From Candidatus Eiseniibacteriota bacterium (GTDB lineage: Bacteria; Eisenbacteria; RBG-16-71-46): 64,000 nt of DNA. The notes beneath the pieces are model-generated. The model was not told the DNA's origin, searched no databases, and saw nothing but the letters and a program-made list of their open reading frames with translations. Where the stretch lies: the NCBI GenBank assembly GCA_963744995.1, contig CAVUWA010000010.1, positions 704,001 to 768,000 of the forward strand. Direction: 5' to 3'. Both the position numbers and the translations under genes were made by a program. Below, in pieces: positions 44,602-54,139 of this stretch (within the stretch, counting starts at the first letter, position 1; the number at the start of each line of letters is the position of its first letter).

Positions 44602-44636
44602 AAAAAAACGCCCGTCAGCGCATACGCTGGCAGGCG
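44602..44636 (-). terminator. Intrinsic terminator inside the 5' leader (attenuator-like)
   Basis: CGCCTGCCAGCG-TATG-CGCTGACGGGCG followed by T7 on the minus strand. Confidence 0.75.
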
Positions 44637-44753
44637 ACGTGGAGGCTGCGTCGGAGGAGAATCGTCCGCAACGAGACGGAAAGATCGAAGCGCGGCAGAT
44701 TTCACGAAAAAGCGTCCTGCGGACGAACGACGAAACCCGGATATCGAACGCCG

Positions 44754-44783
44754 ATTATAGAAGCGGCCCGGAACGAGTGTCAA
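44754..44783 (-). promoter_or_regulatory. Consensus sigma70 promoter
   Basis: TTGACA-18 bp-TATAAT; the -10 overlaps the upstream TAA stop. Confidence 0.8.
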
Positions 44784-45645
44784 AAGCCGTTTCCGGCCGC
44801 TGTTCACGCGCCTTCACACCTCGTCCCCGCCGGCACAGCGACCTCAGAATCTCCCCCATCGTGATGACGTCGAGCAGGTTGTGGTGGAACACCGGGACCA
44901 GCCGGTAGGCGTCGCCGCGCCGCACGAAGTCATGGTAGAGGCCCGGGACCTCGTCGCTCGGCACGTCGCCCGAGCGGCGGCGGCGGCAGACGTGGAATTC
45001 GAGCGTCTGCAGACGGCAGTCGCGGAAGCGCCCGCCCCAGCGACGCCGCGCCGGATGCAGCAGGTCCACGTGCAGGGGCGGCAGCGCGAGCGGCACGCCG
45101 TGGGTGAATGCGCGACTCCTGAGGAACGGTGCGTCGTAGGACTTGCCGTTGAACGTGACCAGGAACTCGAAGCCCTTCGCCGCCTCGTCGAGCGCGGCGA
45201 TCAGGGTCGCCTCTTCACCGTAGTGACGCGCGAAGTACTGCCGCAGCACGAAGTCCTCGCCGTTCCAGTGCATCGTGCCGGCGAGGAACACCGGGCTCGA
45301 AGCGAGGCCGCCGGTTTCGAGATCGAGGAACAGCGCATGATCGAGCCCCGCCGCGGCGAGCGCATGGAGATCGGGCTCGTCTTCCGCCGGCGGCAGATCG
45401 AGCCGGCCCCAGCCGGGCTTCGGGCGCTCGAGTTCCGAACGCAGGCGCTCGTGGATCCACACGCATCCGCGCTGATCCTGCCACTCGCCGCCCGGCAGGT
45501 ACGTCTCGACGCCGTCCGCTTCGGGCACCGCCTGGAGTTCGTGCACCGTGCGCTCGCGCGGCGCGACGGGCGGCGGCGGCGCGTCGCCGAGCCGCCGCGC
45601 CCGGGCCAGCTGGCCGAGCCGCGCACGCAGCGCCTCGGGGTCCAT
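44755..45645 (-). CDS. YprB/MrfB-like RNase_H_2 (DEDD) exonuclease
   Basis: FLDLETGGL, VTFNGKSYD.PFL, HVDLL and HHNLLDV. Confidence 0.85.
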   Translation of the reverse strand: MDPEALRARLGQLARARRLGDAPPPPVAPRERTVHELQAVPEADGVETYLPGGEWQDQRGCVWIHERLRSELERPKPGWGRLDLPPAEDEPDLHALAAAGLDHALFLDLETGGLASSPVFLAGTMHWNGEDFVLRQYFARHYGEEATLIAALDEAAKGFEFLVTFNGKSYDAPFLRSRAFTHGVPLALPPLHVDLLHPARRRWGGRFRDCRLQTLEFHVCRRRRSGDVPSDEVPGLYHDFVRRGDAYRLVPVFHHNLLDVITMGEILRSLCRRGRGVKAREQRPETAFDTRSGPLL

Positions 45646-46427
45646 CAGGCGCGGTCCGCCAACAGCACCAGCCGCCGGCTGTCGGTCGTGTACTCGCGGC
45701 GGTCGATGCCGCCCCACACGGCGCGCACCTCGAGACCGTGCCGGTGCATGAGCCAGGTGAGCTCGGCGCAGGTGTAGGCGCGCAGGTCGTAGGACTTCTC
45801 GAGCCGCGTGCCGCCGTCGGGCGCGAGGTGGATCTGTCGCGCGATCACCCGCGAACGCGGCAGGTCGAAGCTCGTTTCCTCCATGAGCAGCGAGCCGTTG
45901 TCGCGCTGGTTCCAGACCCGATGCGTGTGGTGCTTGACGATCCAGTCGCGGTTCATGACGTCGATCAGGAATTTCCCGCCGTGACGCAGCGCACGCGAGA
46001 CGCCTTCGATCACCTGTTCGTTCTCGTCGTCCGAGAAGTAACCGAACGAGGTGAAGTACGAATACACCGCGTCATACTCCGCCTCGAACGGCAGCGTCCG
46101 CATGTCGCCCTGCTGCCAGGCGACCTTCGCGCCCGCCGCGTCGGCGTCGGCCGCGGCGATCTCGAGGTAGCGGCCGTTGAAATCGAGCCCGGTGACGTCG
46201 TAGCCGCGCTTCGCCATGCCGATCGCGTGGCGGCCGAACCCGCAGGCGAGATCGAGCAATTTGGACCCGGCCTCGAGGCCCAGTGCCGACTCGATGAACT
46301 CGGTCTCCCGGGTCGTGACCTCTTCGGAGAACATCGGCTTGTAGATGGTCAGGTAGTCCTCGTCGAAGAACGCCACCGGCCATTCCGGGGTCGGATCCAA
46401 ATCAAACCTCCTTGACACGGGGTTCAC
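45645..46427 (-). CDS. Class I SAM-dependent methyltransferase
   Basis: LDLACGFGRH, GDMR and FTSFGYF; TGATG coupling to the exonuclease. Confidence 0.88.
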   Translation of the reverse strand: MNPVSRRFDLDPTPEWPVAFFDEDYLTIYKPMFSEEVTTRETEFIESALGLEAGSKLLDLACGFGRHAIGMAKRGYDVTGLDFNGRYLEIAAADADAAGAKVAWQQGDMRTLPFEAEYDAVYSYFTSFGYFSDDENEQVIEGVSRALRHGGKFLIDVMNRDWIVKHHTHRVWNQRDNGSLLMEETSFDLPRSRVIARQIHLAPDGGTRLEKSYDLRAYTCAELTWLMHRHGLEVRAVWGGIDRREYTTDSRRLVLLADRA

Positions 46428-46469
46428 CCACGGCGCCGCGGCGCCCGTGAGTGTACGCCTGCGGCGCTC

Positions 46470-48839
46470 TCACGCACCCATCCCCAGCCAGTGCCGGAGC
46501 AGCGCGCGCGCCGCGGCCTTGCCGGGGATCGCGCGCGCGTGGCCGAGATCCGGGTCCTGCTGCTGCGCCACGCGCAGGATCGGCATGCCCACGCACGACG
46601 GGCAGCCGTCCGTGCACTCGCATGCCTCGAGATGTTCGTACGCGCCCTCGGCCAGCTCGTCGAGCCGCGCGTAGCCCTGCTCCGAAAAGCCGAGCCCGCC
46701 GGGGTAGCGATCGAACACGAACAGGGCCGGCCGCCCGAGGTTGGACGAGTCGATCATGCCGCCCAGGTCGGAAGGATCGCACATGCTGAGCATCGACAGC
46801 AGCGTCAGGAACAGGTTGCGCACGCCCGACAGGCCCTCGATCGGACTGAGCCCCTGGCGCGCCGCCGCGCTCCAGGCGTCCGGCGCGGGCGCGAACCAGA
46901 ACCCGGTCGTGTCGAGGGTCAGCCGCGGCAGGTCGAGCGGATGGTAGCCGATCGAGTCGAGCGTCTTGAACTTCACCTTCTTCATCGCGATCGTCTGCCA
47001 CGAGTAGGTGACTTCGCCGAGCCGCACCGCCTCGCCGCGCCAGGCGCGCGCCTCCGTCTCGCCGCGCACACGGATGCTCGTGTCGAGCACCGGCGAGGTG
47101 TAGTAGTCCACCTCCCGGCGCTCGACGAACGCGGTCTTCTGTTCGAGGCTCAGCTCGTTCACGAAGTACGTCGCGCCGTCGTGCAGGTAGATCGCCTCCG
47201 GGTAGACCAGCTCGAGCGCGCTGATCGCGTCGACGGTGCCGATCACCGCGTTGTCGTTTCCCGCGTCCATGATCGTGTAGGTGTTGTCCGAGATCGTGCG
47301 CAGGTTGACGCGGGCCGCGGGGAAGTCGGTCTTCGCCCAGTACGAACGGCCGTCGATCGTCTTCGTCTCGCCCGCGTCGTCGAGCAGCCCGAGAATCGCC
47401 GGCGTCTGCGCGCCGAACACGCGCGCGGCGTCCGCATCGAGCGGCAGCTCGTACGCCGCGCACGAGAGCTGCTGCGCGAGGATGTACGGGTTCGCGGGAT
47501 CCACCACCGCGGCCTCGGGCGAGGAGCCGAAGAACCAGCCGGGATGGCGCATCAGGTACTGGTCCACCGTCTCGTTGTAGGCGACGAGGATCGCCACCGC
47601 GGGCTCGCCCTTGCGCCCCGCGCGCCCGGCCTGCTGCCACGCGCTCGCCCGCGTCGGCGGGGCGCCGATCATCACCACCGCGTCGAGCCCGCCGATGTCC
47701 ACGCCCAGCTCGAGCGCGTTGGTGCTCACCACGCCGCGCAGCTCGCCGGTGAACAGCGACTTCTCGATCGCGCGCCGCTCCTCGGGCAGGTAGCCGCCGC
47801 GGTAGGGGCGGATCCGCGACTCCAGCCCGGGCGCGCGGCGCTCGAGCCGCTCGTGCGCGTAGCGGTACACCAGCTCCGCGGCGACACGCGACTTGGTGAA
47901 GGCGATCGCCTGCGCGCCGCGCTCGAGCAGCCGCGTGAACAGCTCGCAGCCCTCGACGTTGGACGAGCGCCGCTCGATGCGCGAGTCGTCCAGGAACGGC
48001 GGGTTCCAGAACAGGAAGTGCTTCTCGCCGCGCGGCGCGCCGTCTTCGTCGACGACGTCCACCTGGCGGCCGGTCAGGGCGTGGGCGAGCTCGCCCGGGT
48101 TCCTGATCGTCGCGCTGCACAGGACGTAGTTGAAGTTCCCGCCGACGTGCGTCACCACCCGCTCGAGCCGTCTCAGCACGTTGGCGACGTGCGAGCCGAA
48201 GATGCCGCGGTAGGCGTGCATCTCGTCGACCACGACGTAGCGCAGGTTCCGCAGGAAACGCCCCCAGCGTGCGTGCGCGGGCAGGATGCCCTGATGCAGC
48301 ATGTCCGGGTTCGACAGCATCACGTTCGCGGTGTCGCGGATCCTGCGCCGCGTCGCCGCCTGCGTGTCGCCGTCGTAGACGCCGGCGCGCAGCACCTTGA
48401 GCAGGTCCGGGTGCCCGGTCGCGAGCCGCGTGAGACCCTTGAGTTGATCCTGCGCGAGCGCCTTGGTCGGATAGAGGTAGAGCGCGGTTGCCTCGCCCTC
48501 GAGCAGCGATTCCAGCACCGGCAGATGGAAACAGAGACTCTTGCCGCTCGCGGTGCCGGTGACCACCACCGTGTCGCGCCCGGCGCGCAGCGATTCGATC
48601 GCGCGCACCTGATGCGTGTAGAGGCGCTCGATGCCCTGATGATCGAGCGCTTCGGTGATGCTCGCGGGCAGCGGCCGGTCGAGATCGGCGTGCCGCGCGG
48701 GGCGTGCGGGAATTCTCTGCCAGTGACTGAGCGCGCCCTTGAATTCAGGTTCGCGCGCGAGCGACTCGAGCCACGCCGCGAGCGCTTCGCCGCCGGATCC
48801 GGCGGGGCGTTCGAGGAATCGGGCGGTCGGTGCCTGCAT
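46470..48839 (-). CDS. YprA/MrfA/Hrq1-like DEAH helicase with DUF1998
   Basis: TASGKS, PTKALAQDQ, DEMH, SAT, ALELGVDIG, QQAGRAGR, MCD..DL and CECTDGCPSC. Confidence 0.92.
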   Translation of the reverse strand: MQAPTARFLERPAGSGGEALAAWLESLAREPEFKGALSHWQRIPARPARHADLDRPLPASITEALDHQGIERLYTHQVRAIESLRAGRDTVVVTGTASGKSLCFHLPVLESLLEGEATALYLYPTKALAQDQLKGLTRLATGHPDLLKVLRAGVYDGDTQAATRRRIRDTANVMLSNPDMLHQGILPAHARWGRFLRNLRYVVVDEMHAYRGIFGSHVANVLRRLERVVTHVGGNFNYVLCSATIRNPGELAHALTGRQVDVVDEDGAPRGEKHFLFWNPPFLDDSRIERRSSNVEGCELFTRLLERGAQAIAFTKSRVAAELVYRYAHERLERRAPGLESRIRPYRGGYLPEERRAIEKSLFTGELRGVVSTNALELGVDIGGLDAVVMIGAPPTRASAWQQAGRAGRKGEPAVAILVAYNETVDQYLMRHPGWFFGSSPEAAVVDPANPYILAQQLSCAAYELPLDADAARVFGAQTPAILGLLDDAGETKTIDGRSYWAKTDFPAARVNLRTISDNTYTIMDAGNDNAVIGTVDAISALELVYPEAIYLHDGATYFVNELSLEQKTAFVERREVDYYTSPVLDTSIRVRGETEARAWRGEAVRLGEVTYSWQTIAMKKVKFKTLDSIGYHPLDLPRLTLDTTGFWFAPAPDAWSAAARQGLSPIEGLSGVRNLFLTLLSMLSMCDPSDLGGMIDSSNLGRPALFVFDRYPGGLGFSEQGYARLDELAEGAYEHLEACECTDGCPSCVGMPILRVAQQQDPDLGHARAIPGKAAARALLRHWLGMGA

Positions 48840-49021
48840 GTGGACCTCGGGGCCGGGGCGCGGGCCGGCCATGCGGATGACGTGCGGGCGCTCGGGACGC
48901 CGTGCGGAAGGGCCGCAGGATAGCAGGGTTGCAGGCGCAGGTAAACGGATGGGCAGTGGATCCCGGGCCGCCCGCGTGCCCCCCCCGGTGGGGCGGGGCC
49001 GCCCCGCTCCCGCCGCTTCGC

Positions 49022-50131
49022 CTATTCCATCTCCAGCACCCGCGCCGTGGTGTCGAGGGAGGCGATGGAGAACCCGTCGCCGCGCGGCTCGAACCACACG
49101 CGGAAGGCCTCGGTCTGACCGTGGAAGAACGTCATCTCGCGGGCGGCGTCGCTGGTGCCGGGCGCCACGCGCCACGACTGGCGGTCGCGGCCCCAGCCGA
49201 AGTCGAGTGCGCGCTCGACCACGTTGCCGTCCGAGGCGAGGCCCATGGCGCCGACGTAGTCGGCCGAGCGCAGGGCCCGGATGAACTGGACGAACGTCGC
49301 GTAGGGCGTCTCGTGCACCGCCTCGCTGACTTTCGTGAACGTGTTGCCGTCCCACTTGAAATCCCGGACGACCTCGACGTGCGGGCACGAGGCGCATTCG
49401 ATGAACCCGCGGCTCACCCTGAAGGTGCGGGTTTCGAGCGCGATGCCGTCGGGCGTGCTCCGAAACTCGCCGCTGCCGGTGCCACCGAGCGAATCGGGGC
49501 CGAGCGTCTGTGCCAGTTTCCAGGTGTTGCCGAGCGCCTTCCACACCATCAGCGTCGGCATCACACCGGCGCCACCACTCTGCCCGTAGAGCACCGCCAG
49601 CCCGCGGTCGGTCATCGCGCCCTTCACGTCGCGCGCTGCGATCGACAGCAGCCGCAGTCCCTCACCCTCGATCTTCTGGCGCCGTGCCGAGTCGGCGTCG
49701 CACCAGTAGACGTAGGGCCACGACTGACCGGTCGGGTTGGCGCGACTGAACAGATTGACCACGATCGCACAGTCGCCGCCGCTCACTTCGGCGCCGACGT
49801 TCATCGAATCGAGCAGCGACGCGGCGCGCTTCGCCCACGTTCCGGGATCGCGGCGCTTGAGATCCACGCGCAGCGCGCGCGAAGTGAGGTCGGCGGCCTC
49901 GTCGAGCATCCCGTTTTCCCAGTCGCGGCCGGCGTTCTTGATCATGACGTCGTAGGGATCTTCGGGCGTGGTGTCCGCGGAGTCCGCACTCGCCGGCACC
50001 AGTCGCGGCTTGCGGTCGCAGCCGGGCAGCAGCGCGAGCACCGCGAAGAGCGCGAGCACGGCGAGCGGCGCAAGGCGGCTCGCCCGGCGCGGGCGGCTCA
50101 TCGCACTCGAACGCCCCTCTGCAGCGTTCAC
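49022..50131 (-). CDS. Hypothetical lipoprotein, paralogue of 50128-51291
   Basis: Lipobox LLPGC; FIECASCP; start 50131 (GTGA overlap) or 50101. Confidence 0.75.
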   Translation of the reverse strand: MNAAEGRSSAMSRPRRASRLAPLAVLALFAVLALLPGCDRKPRLVPASADSADTTPEDPYDVMIKNAGRDWENGMLDEAADLTSRALRVDLKRRDPGTWAKRAASLLDSMNVGAEVSGGDCAIVVNLFSRANPTGQSWPYVYWCDADSARRQKIEGEGLRLLSIAARDVKGAMTDRGLAVLYGQSGGAGVMPTLMVWKALGNTWKLAQTLGPDSLGGTGSGEFRSTPDGIALETRTFRVSRGFIECASCPHVEVVRDFKWDGNTFTKVSEAVHETPYATFVQFIRALRSADYVGAMGLASDGNVVERALDFGWGRDRQSWRVAPGTSDAAREMTFFHGQTEAFRVWFEPRGDGFSIASLDTTARVLEME

Positions 50132-51291
50132 TGACCTGCTCCTCCCTGAGCCGACGGATCGCGGACCGGCGTCATGCCGGCGATGATCCAGCGGCCCTCC
50201 GCCTGCCCGAAGTGAATCACGTAGGTGGTGTTCTTACCATTGGCGCCATGATGAAGGAAGGCCATCCAGCGCTGCCAGTGCTCGCCGTTTTCGCCGTACA
50301 GATACTTCCAGACGCCCTTGCCGCGGCGGTTCCAGCCCCAGGCCAGCGCCTGATCCACCATCTTCGGATTCGCGACCAGCCGTGCGGCGCCGCCGCGATC
50401 GCCCTGCTGCAGCAGGCGCACGAACAGCACGAAGTTCGCAAACGCGGTCGGGACGAGCCGGCTCTCCTCCACTCCGAATCCTTCCTGGCGGTCCACCAGC
50501 GTGCGTTCGATGAAGATCTCCGGACAGCCGCTGCACTCGACGAACGACGAGTCGAGCGCGCCCCTCACCCAGCTCGCGATTTCTGGAATGCCGTCGCGAT
50601 TGATGTCCACCCATTCCGCATCGCCGGGCCCGCCGAGGTTCAGCGTGTCGGCAGCGAACTGCATCAGGTTCCAGTAGTTACCGGCCGGATCGAGACGCAG
50701 ATAGGTGAGGCCGATCGTCGGCGGGTCCGCCAGCGAGCGGTCGAGGATGCCCCAGCCGTAGGGTTGGCTTGTGTCGCCCGTCCACCAGACGCGCGACTTC
50801 GGCTCGCGCCCGCCGAAGAACAGCACGCCCTGCACCTTGAGGTCGTACTGCTTGTACCAGTACAGGTAGCCGACGCTCGCCGCCGTGCGCTTGAAAGGGT
50901 TGTGCACCATGAGCAGCGCGAAGTAGGGCAGCGACGGGTCGAACGACACCTCGGTGTCGAGGCCGAGCGAGTCGAGGATCGTCTCGACCGTGTAGGCCTC
51001 CGTCATGCGCGCGCGGCCCATGCGCTCCAGCAGGTGCTGCCCCATGCGGGCGACGAGCTCGTAGGCCCGGTAGTTGTCGCCGCCGACGCTGTCGCCGGTG
51101 TTGCTCTGGAAGCGCACGCGCGCCTCGGTCGCCCACGTGAGCAGCGTGTCGGAGTGGGGCGGCATCCACGGCTTCACCGGCACCGCGCCGGCGCGGGAGG
51201 TGCATGCCAGGAAGACGATCAGGGTGAACGCAGGGAGCCGCCGGAGGAGGACGGCCCACGATGAGACCCGGAAGGAGCCCGATGGAAGCAT
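50128..51291 (-). CDS. Hypothetical exported protein, paralogue of 49022-50131
   Basis: Signal-like N-terminus; FVECSGCP; coding-like codon use. Confidence 0.75.
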   Translation of the reverse strand: MLPSGSFRVSSWAVLLRRLPAFTLIVFLACTSRAGAVPVKPWMPPHSDTLLTWATEARVRFQSNTGDSVGGDNYRAYELVARMGQHLLERMGRARMTEAYTVETILDSLGLDTEVSFDPSLPYFALLMVHNPFKRTAASVGYLYWYKQYDLKVQGVLFFGGREPKSRVWWTGDTSQPYGWGILDRSLADPPTIGLTYLRLDPAGNYWNLMQFAADTLNLGGPGDAEWVDINRDGIPEIASWVRGALDSSFVECSGCPEIFIERTLVDRQEGFGVEESRLVPTAFANFVLFVRLLQQGDRGGAARLVANPKMVDQALAWGWNRRGKGVWKYLYGENGEHWQRWMAFLHHGANGKNTTYVIHFGQAEGRWIIAGMTPVRDPSAQGGAGQ

Positions 51292-51533
51292 GGCCGGTCA
51301 AGGTGACCGGATCACCCTCCCGGCGTCAAGGCTTCGCCGCTGCGGAGCCCGCCGGATGCCCCCGCCGGGCTTCGAATTGACCCGCCGATGACCGTCCCCC
51401 GGGTGGCGGCGTGCCGTCGCCCGCGGGGCCGGAGGGAACCGTCCCGGCCGGGGCCCGCGGCGGCGCATCGCGGCCGGTGCACACCCGGCCGTCCCATTCG
51501 CCGAAGTCGTCCGCCGTGGCTACATTAGGCCCC

Positions 51534-52304
51534 ATGTGCACGCTCATCATCGGCCAGGACGTGATCCGGCCGGGTTCGGTGATCCTTGCCGGCAATCGCG
51601 ACGAAGATCCCGGACGGTCTTCACGCGGGCCTGCCGTCCTGGCGACCGACCCGCGCGTGGTCGGCGGTTCCGACGCCGTCGCCGGCGGCACGTGGATGGC
51701 GTTGCGCGAGCGCCGCGCGGCCATCGCGATGCTCAACCGCTGGCGCGCGGACGGCCCGGAGCCGCCCGCCGACGGCCTGCGTTCGCGCGGACGGCTGACC
51801 CTGGACCTGGCGGCCAGCGCGGGCCACCATCACTTCACCGGTGCCTCCACCCTCGCCGCGGCCTACGGCCTCCTGCCCGATGCGCACTACGCGCCGTTCA
51901 ACGCCGTGTTCGCATCGCCGTCTTCGAGCTGGGTGCTCTCGCATCGCGGCGAGGGCACGGAACCGAAGGTCACGCCGATCTCCCGCGGCTGGCACGTCCT
52001 CACCCACCGCGAACTCGACGATCCGGATGAGCCGCGCGCCGACTATCTCAGGAAGATCCTCCAGCGCTGGCGTCCGCAGCACGTTGCCGAGGCGCGCGAG
52101 GGCCTGATGGAACTGCTCGCGTCGCACGAACCCCCGCAGGTGTGCATCCACACCGGCCGCATGGTCACGGTTTCGTCGTTCGTGGTATGGCTGGCGGCGG
52201 ACGAAGCGCGCTACCACCATCTGGACGGGCGGCCGTGCGAGCACGCGCTCGAAGACTTCACGCCACTGCTGGGCGGCGGCTTCGAAGACCAGGAGACCCC
52301 ATGA
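51534..52304 (+). CDS. NRDE/TANGO2 family protein
   Basis: Starts MCT, then GNRDE, GGTW, SRG.L and PFN. Confidence 0.88.
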   Translation: MCTLIIGQDVIRPGSVILAGNRDEDPGRSSRGPAVLATDPRVVGGSDAVAGGTWMALRERRAAIAMLNRWRADGPEPPADGLRSRGRLTLDLAASAGHHHFTGASTLAAAYGLLPDAHYAPFNAVFASPSSSWVLSHRGEGTEPKVTPISRGWHVLTHRELDDPDEPRADYLRKILQRWRPQHVAEAREGLMELLASHEPPQVCIHTGRMVTVSSFVVWLAADEARYHHLDGRPCEHALEDFTPLLGGGFEDQETP

Positions 52305-53029
52305 GCCTCGAAGATCAGGTCGCACTCGTCACCGGCGCGAGCCACGGGCTCGGCCTCGCGATCGCGCGGGCGCTGGCCGCCGAGGGCGCTGCGATCGGCG
52401 TGCTGGCGCGTTCCGGCAGGTCGCTCGATCAGGCGGCCCGGGACCTGCGCGCGACCGGCGCCGAGGCGCTCGCGCTGCCCGCCGATGTCACACAGGCGGT
52501 CGAGGTCGACTCCGCGGTGCGCATGGCGATCGAGCACTGGGGCCGGCTCGATGTCCTGGTGGTGAACGCCGGCACCTGGAAGGGCGGTTCGATCGTCGAG
52601 ACCAGCGAGGCCGACTGGGACCTGTTGCTCGACCTCAACCTCAAGGGTGCGTTCCTGACGCTCAAGTACGCGCTGCCGTGGATGATTGCGCAGAAGCGCG
52701 GCACCGTGATCGGCATCGATTCGCTGGGCGGCGTCGTCGGGCAGCCGGGAGCGGCGGCGTACGCGGCGAGCAAGTGGGGCCTGCGCGGTCTGCTGGAATC
52801 CGCGGCGCTCGAGGTGAAATCCGCCCGGGTCCGGGTGAGCCTCGTCTACCCGCACCGGATGAACTCCGCCGGCGACCCGATCGAACCGGGATCCGATCAG
52901 CGCGACCGGGTGATCGAGCCCGCCGAGGTCGCCTCGCTGATCGCGTGGATCTGCACGGCGCCCGAGCACGTGTCGGTCGGCAACGTGTCGATCTGGCCGC
53001 TCGCCGCGGGGATCCAGGACGTCGGGTAG
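52301..53029 (+). CDS. SDR family oxidoreductase
   Basis: VTGASHGLG, VNAG and YAASK; ATGA overlap. Confidence 0.92.
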   Translation: MSLEDQVALVTGASHGLGLAIARALAAEGAAIGVLARSGRSLDQAARDLRATGAEALALPADVTQAVEVDSAVRMAIEHWGRLDVLVVNAGTWKGGSIVETSEADWDLLLDLNLKGAFLTLKYALPWMIAQKRGTVIGIDSLGGVVGQPGAAAYAASKWGLRGLLESAALEVKSARVRVSLVYPHRMNSAGDPIEPGSDQRDRVIEPAEVASLIAWICTAPEHVSVGNVSIWPLAAGIQDVG

Positions 53030-53075
53030 CGGAACCGGCCCGGGCCCGGCCACACCGCCGCCCGCTCCGATTCCA

Positions 53076-53106
53076 TTGACACCTGACGCGCGGACTCCCC
53101 TAGAAT
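53076..53106 (+). promoter_or_regulatory. Sigma70-like promoter with 19-bp spacer
   Basis: TTGACA-19 bp-TAGAAT. Confidence 0.5.
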
Positions 53107-53147
53107 GGCCACCGGCCGCGGTCCAGCGACGAAGGGAGGGGGTTGGG

Positions 53148-53339
53148 ATGGACAGGAATTTTCCGGAGTGCCGCAAGTGCGCCGACGGCGTGCTGCTGCC
53201 GCTGTCCGACTACGGTCGCGACGGCGCGCCGATCACCTACAAGGCCTGGGTGTGCAGCAATCCCGCGTGCGGATTCAACCTCCGCATCGACAACGGCGAG
53301 ATCAGCATCGGCCGCAGCATCGGCACGTCCGCCAAGTGA
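53148..53339 (+). CDS. Small (63 aa) zinc-ribbon-like hypothetical protein
   Basis: CRKC...CSNPACG; GGAGG RBS; upstream promoter. Confidence 0.7.
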   Translation: MDRNFPECRKCADGVLLPLSDYGRDGAPITYKAWVCSNPACGFNLRIDNGEISIGRSIGTSAK

Positions 53340-53391
53340 CTCGCGAGGCGGCGCCGGGTCCCGCTCGAGACCCCCGACGGGGAAGCACCGT

Positions 53392-54102
53392 TTGATTCGC
53401 GCCATCGTCTTCGACCTCGACAACACGCTCACCGACTTCATGAAGATGAAGGAGGACGCGATCACGGCCGCGATCGACGGCATGATCGACGCGGGACTGA
53501 TGCTGCCGCGCGACGCGGTGCGTGCGCGCATCGACGCGATCTACCAGGAGCAGGGCCTCGAATACCAGCGCGTGTTCGACGAGCTGCTCGAAAGCGAGCT
53601 CGGGCACATCGATCCCAAGATCCTCGCCTCCGGGATCGTCGCCTACCGGCGTGCGCGGGAGTCGGCCCTGGTGCTCTATCCGCACGTCACCATGACCCTG
53701 CTGGAGCTCACCAAGCGCGGCATCCGGCTCGGCGTGGTGAGCGACGCGCCGCAGGCGCAGGTGTGGCTCAGGCTCTGTTCGCTGTCGCTCCAGCACGTGT
53801 TCGACGCGGTGGTCACGTTCGACGACACGCACGAGCGCAAGCCGAGCCCGGCGCCGTTCCTGAAGCTCCTGGAGAAACTCGGCGTCGCGCCCGATGCGGC
53901 GCTGATGATCGGCGACTGGGCCGAGCGCGACGTGGTCGGGGGCAAGAGCCTCGGCATGAAGACGGTGTTCGCGCGATATGGTGATACGTTCGGCACCGGC
54001 GAATCCGGCGCCGATTTCGACATCGACGACGTGTTCGAGCTGGTCGGAATCGTCGACCGGCTGAACGGCAGGAACGGCAGCACGCCCACCGCCGGGAACT
54101 GA
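53392..54102 (+). CDS. HAD-superfamily hydrolase, subfamily IA
   Basis: FDLDNTL, VVSD, KPSP and MIGD...DV.G; TTG start. Confidence 0.9.
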   Translation: MIRAIVFDLDNTLTDFMKMKEDAITAAIDGMIDAGLMLPRDAVRARIDAIYQEQGLEYQRVFDELLESELGHIDPKILASGIVAYRRARESALVLYPHVTMTLLELTKRGIRLGVVSDAPQAQVWLRLCSLSLQHVFDAVVTFDDTHERKPSPAPFLKLLEKLGVAPDAALMIGDWAERDVVGGKSLGMKTVFARYGDTFGTGESGADFDIDDVFELVGIVDRLNGRNGSTPTAGN

Positions 54103-54139
54103 GTCCCGGACCGGGCGCGAACCCGCACGAGGAGATCCC

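Noticed and set aside
44755..48839. DISARM or other defence island
   Set aside because: No DrmA, DNA-MTase motifs, nuclease partners or mobility genes; the YprB partner fits repair
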